Assembly (NCBI GenBank): GCA_035291665.1
Contig: DATDRP010000002.1
Span: 1,085-65,084 of the forward strand
Length of the DNA stretch: 64,000 bases
Origin: Patescibacteria group bacterium
GTDB taxonomy: Bacteria; Patescibacteriota; Microgenomatia; UBA8517
Direction: 5' to 3'
Part shown: positions 19,536-27,847 of the stretch, piece after piece
How positions within the stretch are numbered: position 1 is the stretch's first letter
Layout of the letters: every line of letters begins with the position of its first letter
Notes under the pieces: model-generated
Seen by the model: only the letters and a program-made list of their open reading frames with translations
Told to the model about the DNA's origin: nothing
Databases searched by the model: none
Position numbers and translations under genes: made by a program

Positions 19536-20699
19536 TCACAACTCACAACTACTGACACTCTCTCCGTTTACGCACTGATCCGTATCTGAATTTCCATGAA
19601 GCGTATCCGTTTCGGTTCCTCCATCCAGAAAATCATTTCCTGAGTTTCCTCTCATCGTGTCGTTACCCGCTTCACCATAAACCTTATCGTTATCTGACCC
19701 CCCCCGAAGCTCATCATTCCCGGCTCCCCCGTAAATTTCATCATTTCCTGACTCACCGTCAATATTATCCTGTCCCTCGCCACCTTCAGCGTAGTCGTCA
19801 TCTGATCCGAGATCAATATTATCGTTTCCCAAACCTCCGTACGCTTTATCCTTCCCTGAACCTGTTTCTATTTTATCGTTCCCTTCCCCACCATAAACCG
19901 TGTCATTGCCATACCCGCCGTCTATCTTGTCATTTCCCGGTCCTCCCAAAATTACTTCATCGCCGGATTCACCGACCAGGTGGTCGTTTCCCTCACCGCC
20001 AACAATACAATCACTATCACTACTGGCCCAAACTTTATCATTTCCCCCATATGCCAGGATTAACTCCGGTTGAACCGACCCGTAAATACGCTCACTTTCG
20101 TCAGTTCCTTCAACAATCCTGCCAAAAGTCATATGCCGACACTCGGGTGGAATTTTATTGTCAGAAATTTCAGTCGACCAGGACAAATCAAATTTCAACC
20201 TGGCATTTTGATATTCATTACCCGCTTCGGGAGGAAATTTGACCGTCATACAAAAAGCTCTTTCCTGACCGGGATCAAAATTGCCCAAATTTACAGCTTC
20301 AAGCTCATCAAAAAAATTACGCATTGTCTTGAAGCCGTTTGATCCTCCATAAAAATCACCAAATCCGGTTTCATCAACAATCACTTCCAGTATTCCAGAA
20401 AAATCCTTCTCTTCGGATCCGAATATCGCTCGCATCAATACATCAAATGACTCAGTTTCATTTACATTTTTTATCTTGAAGCACCTCTTTTCAACGTCCC
20501 CCGGCTTCATGTCATCAAGTGTAAAAATGGGATCAGGCACTCCGCCACCTTCGTAAGTTACTTCAATAAGATCAACCTCCTCCACCTCGCTTGCTTGAGC
20601 CTGTTTTATAACAGTCATCACTCCGTAGGCCACAAATGGAAGCAACAATAATAACAATATTCTCTTATTCATTTTTATTCTATTTATTAGTTTCAGCAT
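19536..20699 (-). CDS. secreted RTX-type calcium-binding repeat protein
   Basis: Signal peptide. C-terminal half is about 12 tandem GGxGNDxI-type nonapeptide repeats (GGEGNDHLVGESGDEV..GGPGNDKIDGGYGNDTVYGG...). Confidence 0.7.
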   Translation of the reverse strand: MLKLINRIKMNKRILLLLLLPFVAYGVMTVIKQAQASEVEEVDLIEVTYEGGGVPDPIFTLDDMKPGDVEKRCFKIKNVNETESFDVLMRAIFGSEEKDFSGILEVIVDETGFGDFYGGSNGFKTMRNFFDELEAVNLGNFDPGQERAFCMTVKFPPEAGNEYQNARLKFDLSWSTEISDNKIPPECRHMTFGRIVEGTDESERIYGSVQPELILAYGGNDKVWASSDSDCIVGGEGNDHLVGESGDEVILGGPGNDKIDGGYGNDTVYGGEGNDKIETGSGKDKAYGGLGNDNIDLGSDDDYAEGGEGQDNIDGESGNDEIYGGAGNDELRGGSDNDKVYGEAGNDTMRGNSGNDFLDGGTETDTLHGNSDTDQCVNGESVSSCEL

Positions 20700-20835
20700 A
20701 TTCTTACTATATACACCGCTTCGACCTTGCTCAGTGTCTTTACTTACAGGGGTTCCCCTTTAAAGGTCGATACTCAAATTTCTAAGTACTCTAATTAACC
20801 TAATTTCTAATTAAAATCCAATACCCAATTACTAA

Positions 20836-22452
20836 TTAAGGTACACAAACATTATTGTTTGATATTCCTTTCGAAACACCAGTGCATGGAAGAGTCCATA
20901 TTGTATTTCTGTCCGTATTTCTTCCAGTAGACTTATCGTCCGTCAAAGCACCAAAAGTGTGTTGATCGATAATTTGACCAGATAGATTAATCAATTTCAA
21001 TGTTTCCCCGCCTGTATTATTTAACCACCCTTCTGATCTTTCATATACTGAATAAGTTAAGGAGTTAGCTGTACCTAGGGATGAGACATTTTCAATGTTG
21101 TTTGCAGCATCCACTAAAGTCCAGTTGGTAAGATCGATATTTTCTAAACTTGGATTATATAATTCCACCCACTCAGTTGTAAAAGTTGTATCGGGATTAG
21201 AAAGTAGTTCATTCAAAATTATATTCGATCCATATCCGGGAGTCGGTCTTTCGCGGACAATAAAGTCGCTCGGTTCAAAATCATCCCCCGTTACGGAATC
21301 AATGCCAATTGGCACTCTTTCGATAGATTGATTTTGGGATGGTATTGCATCCCCGTTAACGTTCCATCGGGTAACATCAATTACAGTTGTGCCATTCGTA
21401 TCAATTAACTTAAGCTGCCCTACGTCTATATTAAGAGTTCCTCCCAAATTTCCAGTTTGAGTTCCGTTATCGTCATAACAGCTATTCCAGATCGCAGAAC
21501 TATGGGCAAGAAGCAGAAATTCACCGGGTTGAATCGTCAAATTATTCGCTGTAACTAAATCGACGGTATTAGTACCATCTGTAATCTTGTAATTTTTAGG
21601 ATTAACGGCAAAATTATAACCGTTATAAAGCTCGATCCATTGGGCTTCAGTGTTACCCTGGGAACAACTCGAGTCAGGTAAAACTTCGTTGATTACCAAA
21701 GTTTGTGCAATTCGAGTCGGTGGCGACCACTCTCCAGCCCGGAATAGATTGCCAAGAGATCCTTCGGTGTCGGAGAAGAATGATGCCGAAAAAGAAAGCA
21801 TCACAATAGCTGCTCCGAAAACAGGAATGAAAGTAAACATTTTTTTGACTCCGCGTTCTGAATCTACGGCGTGTGCTTGACCTTTCCGATTTTTAATCTT
21901 TTTGACAATCTCCGATATCAAACTTCTCAGCTCTTCATATATAAGAATAGTAGCCGGGACTATAACTAATAGTATAAAACCCCAGGGTTTTTTGGCGTAA
22001 TTCGCCAAATACCCCACATAAGGCACAGCCAGCTGTACTTTGCCGATGATCTGGTCTGGCCTCACACTTGCGGAGTCAAGATCTTCATTGGCATCCCCTT
22101 TTGTAATAAAAACAGGATCTTTACCGATACCGTCCGGGAATTTTTTATAGGCAATTCTATGCGTAACAACGTTCTTCCCACGCCCGCTTACATCAAAAGT
22201 GACAACATCTCCGCTGACATAATTTTCCGATTTGACCACAAAGACAACACTGCCAACTTTTACTCCGGGCTCCATTGAACCGGATTCAACAATATACATT
22301 CGGGGGAGTATTGATTGCATCGATTGAAGCTGGTTTCCTTTTTGAAGATTGTCAATAAATTCTGCTCCATTCTGACCCAGCAGAAAAAACAAAGCTACCC
22401 AGATGGGGAGTACCAGTATTCCAAGTACTATCAGTAATATTTTCTTTAACAT
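20836..22452 (-). CDS. SipW-type signal peptidase I fused in frame to a SipW-cognate signal peptide and two lamin-tail domains (LTD)
   Basis: N-terminus ESGSMEP (catalytic Ser box) and KGDANEDLD box, TM segment, then SFSASFFSDTEGSLGNLFRAGEW (SipW-cognate motif), then INEVLPDSS...WIELYN and LNELLSNPD...WVELYN LTD motifs. Internal ATG at 21838-21840 with GGAG upstream. Confidence 0.7.
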   Translation of the reverse strand: MLKKILLIVLGILVLPIWVALFFLLGQNGAEFIDNLQKGNQLQSMQSILPRMYIVESGSMEPGVKVGSVVFVVKSENYVSGDVVTFDVSGRGKNVVTHRIAYKKFPDGIGKDPVFITKGDANEDLDSASVRPDQIIGKVQLAVPYVGYLANYAKKPWGFILLVIVPATILIYEELRSLISEIVKKIKNRKGQAHAVDSERGVKKMFTFIPVFGAAIVMLSFSASFFSDTEGSLGNLFRAGEWSPPTRIAQTLVINEVLPDSSCSQGNTEAQWIELYNGYNFAVNPKNYKITDGTNTVDLVTANNLTIQPGEFLLLAHSSAIWNSCYDDNGTQTGNLGGTLNIDVGQLKLIDTNGTTVIDVTRWNVNGDAIPSQNQSIERVPIGIDSVTGDDFEPSDFIVRERPTPGYGSNIILNELLSNPDTTFTTEWVELYNPSLENIDLTNWTLVDAANNIENVSSLGTANSLTYSVYERSEGWLNNTGGETLKLINLSGQIIDQHTFGALTDDKSTGRNTDRNTIWTLPCTGVSKGISNNNVCVP

Positions 22453-22539
22453 GCTACAAATGGCTACGAATTATTTAAAAAATCGGTTTCAAATAGTTCA
22501 TTAAACTGCTACAGATAGTTTACTGCCGACAACTTTATT

Positions 22540-22758
22540 TCATTTCCTCGTAAACATTCTTACTCTTGTTATTACTTTTCCGTCTTCATTGGGCCTCTCT
22601 GACAGCTGGACTTCAAATCCTAATCCGTCTTCGTTTTTCTCAACCAAATTCGAGGCTAATTTTGCCTCCTCATCACTGCCTCCTGCCGTCTTCACCCCGA
22701 TGAACGCCAGAATTTGAGAAGGCGAGTGGGTGTTTATATCAAGCATTTCGTCAGTCAT
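22540..22758 (-). CDS. hypothetical small protein (72 aa)
   Basis: One of three small overlapping co-directional ORFs between the TasA-like gene and the SipW fusion gene. Confidence 0.35.
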   Translation of the reverse strand: MTDEMLDINTHSPSQILAFIGVKTAGGSDEEAKLASNLVEKNEDGLGFEVQLSERPNEDGKVITRVRMFTRK

Positions 22759-22994
22759 GGTTCATTATTTTCGTGAAATACACTGAAACTGATCTTTTCA
22801 TTCGGTTTGTAAGTTTCGTTAACTACAATTCCAAAAGTTGTATCATTTTCGGGATCCAGTTCGTAAAGAAGTGCTGCCAGCGTTGCAGTTTTCTTATTTC
22901 CGCACAAAGACTCAACAAATGTATAAGCTAAACTTTGCGATTCATTCCAGCTTTTCCCTTCAGAAAAATCAGGATTTATTTTTTCGGCACACAT
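22755..22994 (-). CDS. hypothetical small protein (79 aa)
   Basis: 4-nt overlap with the downstream ORF, suggesting translational coupling. Confidence 0.35.
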   Translation of the reverse strand: MCAEKINPDFSEGKSWNESQSLAYTFVESLCGNKKTATLAALLYELDPENDTTFGIVVNETYKPNEKISFSVFHENNEP

Positions 22995-23191
22995 AATTTT
23001 CTTCTTGACGGGTTTACTTTACCGTCATTGACATTAACCGGCATAGATAGAATCCTTTTATATTCACTTTCAAGAGCCCGATAGGTTTCATATGTAATTG
23101 TTCCGGTAAGATACTGATCCGTTAGATCAATTAAACTCAAATCCTCTAATCGGACCTCTACCCCGTTATTCAAATGTTGCTCGATTATCAT
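22976..23191 (-). CDS. hypothetical small protein (71 aa)
   Basis: Overlaps the next ORF by 19 nt, co-directional. Confidence 0.35.
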   Translation of the reverse strand: MIIEQHLNNGVEVRLEDLSLIDLTDQYLTGTITYETYRALESEYKRILSMPVNVNDGKVNPSRRKLCVPKK

Positions 23192-23227
23192 TCGCGTTCA
23201 TACAATTTACTAATCAACCAATTAGGC

Positions 23228-23302
23228 AGACCACGTACTTCGACACTTTAAAGTACCTGGTCTGCCCTTCACCCTGAGTAATCTCATTGGGTGAAGAAAA
23301 CA
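23228..23302 (-). repeat. two consecutive stable hairpins 3' of the TasA-like gene
   Basis: ggcagaccacgtacttcgacactttaaagtacctggtctgcc (9+6 bp stem) and cttcaccctgagtaatctcattgggtgaag (8-bp stem with the CACCC/GGGTG core). Confidence 0.45.
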
Positions 23303-23308
23303 GACTTG

Positions 23309-24667
23309 CTAAGTACCCGGCAGTTCTGTACCACAAAACGTTTGGACACCATCCAAATCATATGCATCTGCCGTAGCTTCGAAAAGACTCTTATCGCTTT
23401 CGTCGGTAATTCTCAGGTATGCTGCCCAGGGTAGCCCTGATGTACTCAAGTCCAAAAATGAATCCCGAGCGGTACTAGCAGAAACTACGAAAAAGTTGAC
23501 TCCGTTCTGACTGGCTTCAACTTTGATCTTTTCATCGGGATAAACTCCTCCCGTTACTTCAAAGACCCTGAAGTCAAAACCCGCCATATCAACTATCGGA
23601 TTTGCAAAAGATAACACAATATTTCCTCCGCCTATATTTTCAGCTCCAAATCCCAAGCTGAAAAAAGTATCTGCAATAACTGGTGAATCTGAAGGAGCAC
23701 CCGTACTTTCCGGAGCACCCAGTGCATCATTCGGATCATCTCTATCTGCCAAAACTGCCGTCCCGTCTTTACGTAATCCTTGAGCAGACGACACAACACC
23801 TGTTGCGTATCCGGGGATACAAGCCACAGGAGTCGGTGTAACCGTTATTTCAGGAGGATTGCAAAGGAACCGGTCGTTATGTCTTGCTTGTTCAGCAAAA
23901 AACGTTAAATCAACCATAAAGTTATCTGTTTGAGATTGATTATCCAGTCCCGATCCATCACAAGTGAAACCACTACCTCTGTCATCGGGGGTACCATCTC
24001 CTTGTTGCAGCGGTGTTTCACCGATATCTCCATAACAGAAATATTTTGCTATATAGAATTTTTCAGGACCAATTGGCCCAAATGACCCACCGGAATCCCC
24101 TTTCAACCATTTTTCCTGTCCACCGAAAACGCTGAGAGCGTTGCCTCGTGTCAATACTTCTTCTTCTGTTTCAAATACATTATCTCCGTCATCTATCCAA
24201 AACACGAAGTTCAAATTTTGACCCAGCTCCCCAAGGTTTTCACCGGGATCTTGACATAATCCATTCTCATCAAGCATTTCGGGTTCGGTACAAGAAAGAT
24301 CGTTGTTTGCAGTAACTTTGAAGTCTCCGCAAAGCCATGCTGGATTGGCGACAGAAAACGAAATTGTGTCTTCTTCCCAATCGCCAGGCTTTAGGTCATG
24401 CAGATCAAAAAAAAGTTCTCCATCCAAACTTTTAGACCGCCATGTGCAGGAACATTCGTTCCCATCTTTATTTTCTCCATCCCAAAAACCTTCAATACAG
24501 GCATTCCCATTGTAATAACAAGTGTTATCAATCTCCAAATCAATTGCACCTGCTTGAAACAGGTTTCCGGATGAAGTTTCTTCATCAGAGAAGAAAGCTC
24601 CGGTCACCGCAAATGCGGTTAATCCAATTAATCCAAGTGTTATCAAACTAAATAATATTTTTTTCAA
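23309..24667 (-). CDS. secreted TasA/camelysin-like protein with SipW-cognate signal peptide, TTG start
   Basis: AFAVTGAFFSDEETSSGNLFQAGAIDL. Paralog of the 25152-26306 protein (shared NFVFWIDDGDNV, GSGFTCDG, QTDN..DL.FFA.Q.R.N..FLC). Start codon TTG at 24665-24667 preceded by AGGGAGGAGGTGA. Confidence 0.65.
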   Translation of the reverse strand: MKKILFSLITLGLIGLTAFAVTGAFFSDEETSSGNLFQAGAIDLEIDNTCYYNGNACIEGFWDGENKDGNECSCTWRSKSLDGELFFDLHDLKPGDWEEDTISFSVANPAWLCGDFKVTANNDLSCTEPEMLDENGLCQDPGENLGELGQNLNFVFWIDDGDNVFETEEEVLTRGNALSVFGGQEKWLKGDSGGSFGPIGPEKFYIAKYFCYGDIGETPLQQGDGTPDDRGSGFTCDGSGLDNQSQTDNFMVDLTFFAEQARHNDRFLCNPPEITVTPTPVACIPGYATGVVSSAQGLRKDGTAVLADRDDPNDALGAPESTGAPSDSPVIADTFFSLGFGAENIGGGNIVLSFANPIVDMAGFDFRVFEVTGGVYPDEKIKVEASQNGVNFFVVSASTARDSFLDLSTSGLPWAAYLRITDESDKSLFEATADAYDLDGVQTFCGTELPGT

Positions 24668-24684
24668 TTTTTATTTCACCTCCT

Positions 24685-24724
24685 CCCTGTGAAGTAGCGG
24701 TCTGCGCACTTCACGGGATCCCGT
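24685..24724. repeat. family C GC-rich hairpin (CCCTGTGAAGTAG...CACTTCACGGGATCCCGT) abutting the SD of the TasA-like gene
   Basis: 10-bp stem. Related copies at 24997, 25055, 26385, 26514 and 57503. Confidence 0.5.
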
Positions 24725-24856
24725 CCTGTTAGATAATTTCATATCTCATGGGACTGGGACCTCCATTCTAACTTCAGTTTACGGATGAAGCTCCGGATCT
24801 TTGAAAAATAAAAACTTAAAATTCAAAGCTCAAAACCATAATTTCAAACTTACTGA

Positions 24857-24914
24857 CACACCCTACGGGAGAAATCCTTATTAGATATTTCAAAGGTATT
24901 TCACCCCAAGGGTG
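24857..24914 (+). repeat. REP-B element (about 57 bp)
   Basis: cacaccctacgggagaaatccttattagatatttcaaaggtatttcaccccaagggtg. Confidence 0.7.
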
Positions 24915-24927
24915 TTTAAATTTTTAA

Positions 24928-24970
24928 TTTTATTCCGGGTTTCGGAGGGGCAAGCCTCCCGAAACCTTTG
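24928..24970. repeat. 11-bp-stem hairpin (ggtttcggagg...cctcccgaaacc)
   Basis: Inverted repeat read directly from the sequence. Sits in the 480-bp hairpin-dense spacer between the two TasA-like genes. Confidence 0.4.
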
Positions 24971-24996
24971 TCAAACTCTTTTTAAGGATTTTGCCA

Positions 24997-25032
24997 CCCC
25001 TGTGAGATAGTTTTTCACCACCTCACGGGGTG
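24997..25032. repeat. family C hairpin copy
   Basis: cccctgtgagatagtttttcaccacctcacggggtg. Confidence 0.45.
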
Positions 25033-25054
25033 ACTGAATTTTTCAAATTTTCTC

Positions 25055-25092
25055 CGACGAAGTAACGATTAACGTACTTCACGGAGTCCCGT
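25055..25092. repeat. family C hairpin copy
   Basis: cgacgaagtaacgattaacgtacttcacggagtcccgt. Confidence 0.45.
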
Positions 25093-25151
25093 AAGATATT
25101 AATTTATCTTACTGGGAGAAATTAGATTCCTTAACTAACTTCCTTGCGTGA

Positions 25152-26306
25152 CTAATTCGGTGCACAATCCAAATGAAAAGTGATACTGTTTCCCAAACTA
25201 TCTACCAAATCATGCACAACGTATCCTGTTTCACCAGCTGGGAATGTGTAATGTGGATAAACCGGATAGTTAAATCCATCCACTGCTAGAGCTCCTGGTT
25301 TAGCCATTCCATTACCTCCAACCAGATTAAGGCTTGAGTCGATTCCCCCACCGACAACATGTGTTCCGGCAGGACACGACCAACCAGCCCAACCTCCATC
25401 GCCAAATCCATCTTGAGTCCTACTTATTCTTGTAGGTTCAACAGGCCAAGTTGGTTTCCAATCAGAACAAAGGAAATTCGGATTGTTCCTGTGTTGGACC
25501 GCGTAGAATTGCAAATCACCGACAACTATGTCTGTTTGAGCTGCATTGTCTACTGGTTCGCCATCACAAGTGAATCCTGTTCCTCTTGCCAATGGACCGT
25601 TAGTTGCACCTTCAAGTTTTCCTTGTCCATCTTGAGCAACCGGATTTCTGGCTAAAGTTCCAAAACACCAGTATTTCCCGATGTGTACGGTTTCTCCACC
25701 TGGAAGAGGATTACCAGTACTCTGATCAGCCAATGCAATTTGACCCGAATCACCCATTCCACTCAGTGGTCCACTTAAGAACACACTTTCTGGACCGTTT
25801 TCCCCAATTTCGTAAACATTATCTCCATCATCCCACCAGAATACGAAATTCACTTCTTCGTCCAGTTCGCCATCTTCAAGTAATGGGTCTGCCCCGACTG
25901 TTAGATCGTCTCCAGTTTCAGGTTCAGTGTAAGTGTTGTCATTGTCATCTGTCAGCCTTGCAGCTGCACATACCCATGCATCATTATTATTTACATGAAC
26001 CGAAATTGTGTCTTCACCGTAATCTCCCGGTTTAAGATCAACAAAGTCAAAGAATTTTTGAACTGTTAAGTCCGCCAATTCCCATGATGTATTTTTACTT
26101 GCAACAAAAGCACCAATTGGTCTTTCGTATCCAGGAATGTTCCAATCGATTGCATAGCTTTCGTTATCGATCAAAAGGTCAATTGCACCTGCAACAAATG
26201 TATTTCCAGTTGATGTCTCTTCATCAGAGAAGAATGCACCGGTTGCGAGAACCGCACCTATTGCAACTACTCCGATAGAAAACGCACTTAATAAAATTTT
26301 TTTCAT
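25152..26306 (-). CDS. secreted TasA/camelysin-like protein with SipW-cognate signal peptide (paralog)
   Basis: MKKILLSAFSIGVVAIGAVLATGAFFSDEETSTGNTFVAGAIDL. Start taken at ATG 26304-26306 with SD AAAGGAGGTGA; the ORF track extends it to 26354. Confidence 0.65.
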   Translation of the reverse strand: MKKILLSAFSIGVVAIGAVLATGAFFSDEETSTGNTFVAGAIDLLIDNESYAIDWNIPGYERPIGAFVASKNTSWELADLTVQKFFDFVDLKPGDYGEDTISVHVNNNDAWVCAAARLTDDNDNTYTEPETGDDLTVGADPLLEDGELDEEVNFVFWWDDGDNVYEIGENGPESVFLSGPLSGMGDSGQIALADQSTGNPLPGGETVHIGKYWCFGTLARNPVAQDGQGKLEGATNGPLARGTGFTCDGEPVDNAAQTDIVVGDLQFYAVQHRNNPNFLCSDWKPTWPVEPTRISRTQDGFGDGGWAGWSCPAGTHVVGGGIDSSLNLVGGNGMAKPGALAVDGFNYPVYPHYTFPAGETGYVVHDLVDSLGNSITFHLDCAPN

Positions 26307-26317
26307 ATATTTCACCT

Positions 26318-26338
26318 CCTTTCTTCTTCGAAGAAAGG
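26318..26338 (-). promoter_or_regulatory. 5'UTR hairpin whose 3' arm overlaps the Shine-Dalgarno sequence of the TasA-like gene
   Basis: cctttcttcttcgaagaaagg gives a 9-bp perfect stem. On the mRNA its 3' arm continues directly into AGGAGGTGA. Confidence 0.45.
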
Positions 26339-26384
26339 AACCCGTTGGATGCATTTATGCTATCCAACTGGGTACCTCCTCCCC

Positions 26385-26420
26385 CTAAGAGATAGCTCCT
26401 GCGGAGCATCTCATGGGGTC
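26385..26420. repeat. family C hairpin copy
   Basis: cctaagagatagctcctgcggagcatctcatggggtc (GAGATaGCTCC / GGAGCaTCTC stem). Confidence 0.45.
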
Positions 26421-26513
26421 TTCGACCTAATTTTTAAATAAACAACCCATAATCATTTAGTAATATTCTTATTTAAATAATTTTTAATTCTGTTTTTGAT
26501 ATACCTCTTTCCC

Positions 26514-26556
26514 TTCCAGTGAAGTAGTCTTTCCGAGACACTTCACGGAATCACGT
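26514..26556. repeat. family C hairpin copy
   Basis: ttccagtgaagtagtctttccgagacacttcacggaatcacgt. Confidence 0.45.
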
Positions 26557-26575
26557 TAGATGTGCGAAGCACTAT

Positions 26576-26836
26576 CTAACTGTGACCACCAAAATAGTTT
26601 TTCAATCTACCTTTGATATACCGTTTTCCCCAAGCACTTTTTAGATAAACTTCCCTTTTATATGCATCTTTTAAATTTAATGATGCTTCGTAATAAACAA
26701 GTTTAAAAGGTCTCCTAAATTTCGTCGCTTTCACTAACCCTTTGTTGTGTCGTTCTAACCGTTTCTTTAAATCGTTTGATGTTCCTGTATATAACTTTTT
26801 ATCCTTCAAACTCTGTAATACATATACAAAATACAT
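26576..26836 (-). CDS. GIY-YIG nuclease domain protein (small, Slx1/YhbQ-like)
   Basis: MYFVYVLQSLKDKKLYTGTSNDLKKRLERHN is the GIY...YIG motif with the following Arg/His. Confidence 0.7.
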   Translation of the reverse strand: MYFVYVLQSLKDKKLYTGTSNDLKKRLERHNKGLVKATKFRRPFKLVYYEASLNLKDAYKREVYLKSAWGKRYIKGRLKNYFGGHS

Positions 26837-26875
26837 ACAGTAAAATGCATACCCTTTACCCCTTGCGCTTAACTC

Positions 26876-26932
26876 TCACCCTTCGGGAGAAATCCTTATT
26901 CTATATTTAAAGGTATTTCACTCCAAGGGTGG
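26876..26932 (+). repeat. REP-B element
   Basis: tcacccttcgggagaaatccttattctatatttaaaggtatttcactccaagggtgg, preceded by a REP-A fragment (accctttacccc). Confidence 0.7.
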
Positions 26933-27226
26933 TTATTTTATTAAACCCAGCTCACGTTTTCTTTGTTCTTCTTGTCTTTTATATTCTGCAATTTGCCGAT
27001 CCTGTTCTTGTGATAATTCATTGCGAACAATTTGCAATCTGGCAATAGCTAAATATTTATTTCCCTCGATTCCCGCTTCTCTTACTCTGGCAGATTCTTC
27101 CAAATTACCTTGCTCATTCAACAAGGCTTCATATTCTTTCAAAATAACGCTATCCTGTCTCCGGCATACTTCCGCAATTTTGTATATCATCGGATTATTT
27201 TCTCCTTCGAATTTAATTCCTACCAT
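26933..27226 (-). CDS. hypothetical small protein (97 aa), paralog of 27319-27588
   Basis: N-terminus MVGIKFEGENNPMIYKIAEV compared with MARIKNEGEKNPFEAKMEEV in the neighbour. Confidence 0.4.
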   Translation of the reverse strand: MVGIKFEGENNPMIYKIAEVCRRQDSVILKEYEALLNEQGNLEESARVREAGIEGNKYLAIARLQIVRNELSQEQDRQIAEYKRQEEQRKRELGLIK

Positions 27227-27245
27227 AGGATATGTTTTTTTATAC

Positions 27246-27302
27246 TCACCCTTCGGGAGAAATCCTTATTCTAAATTTCTTGGTATTTCACCCCAAGGGT
27301 GG
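27246..27302 (+). repeat. REP-B element
   Basis: tcacccttcgggagaaatccttattctaaatttcttggtatttcaccccaagggtgg. Confidence 0.7.
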
Positions 27303-27318
27303 TTATGTCAGCAGTAAT

Positions 27319-27588
27319 CTATTTTCGAAAACTCTTTTCAACTGTTATTCCCGGTTCTGCTGAATTCAATTCATCAAAAGCTATCCGGCTTTTTGCGATT
27401 GGCAAGGTCAAGGCAAGTTGAATCATAAGCTTCCCTATCAATGCCGCGTTAGTGAAATCTTTATTTTTTACTAATATACGTTTATATTCTGACAAAATCT
27501 CTTGAGCAGACCTCTGACTCACTTCTTCCATCTTTGCCTCAAATGGGTTCTTTTCTCCTTCATTTTTTATTCTTGCCATAACATTCAC
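27319..27588 (-). CDS. hypothetical small protein (89 aa), paralog of 26933-27226
   Basis: See the paralog. Flanked by REP-B on the 3' side and a REP-B half-site on the 5' side. Confidence 0.4.
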   Translation of the reverse strand: MNVMARIKNEGEKNPFEAKMEEVSQRSAQEILSEYKRILVKNKDFTNAALIGKLMIQLALTLPIAKSRIAFDELNSAEPGITVEKSFRK

Positions 27589-27595
27589 CTCTTTA

Positions 27596-27612
27596 TTTCA
27601 CCCCAAGGGTGG
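27596..27612 (+). repeat. REP-B half-site (tttcaccccaagggtgg)
   Basis: Matches the 3' arm of REP-B. Confidence 0.5.
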
Positions 27613-27633
27613 TTATTTGTACCGCTTCCAACT

Positions 27634-27661
27634 AAAAAACCCCAACGTTCGCTGGGGTTTT
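27634..27661. terminator. bidirectional rho-independent terminator-like hairpin
   Basis: aaaaaaccccaacgttcgctggggtttt: GC stem flanked by an A-run and a T-run. Confidence 0.5.
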
Positions 27662-27847
27662 AATGTTTGTATTAGGTTGAATTGGCCGCAGAAGGAATGT
27701 GGAGTATTGAGGCAGAAACTATCAGTCATAGTTATTCTTTATACAAAGCGTATATAGTTTTGTCAATAGGTCTTTCTATATAAATCTTATAGTTATCTTA
27801 ATGGGGATATATACTAATGATTCTTTCTGCCCTAAGTATCCCATAGG

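Noticed and set aside
20700-20835. Palindromic tracts (cctttaaagg, ggggttcccc, tcgacc..ggtcga) upstream of the RTX gene
   Set aside because: Short and not repeated elsewhere in the window. Cannot distinguish operator from chance in AT-rich DNA.
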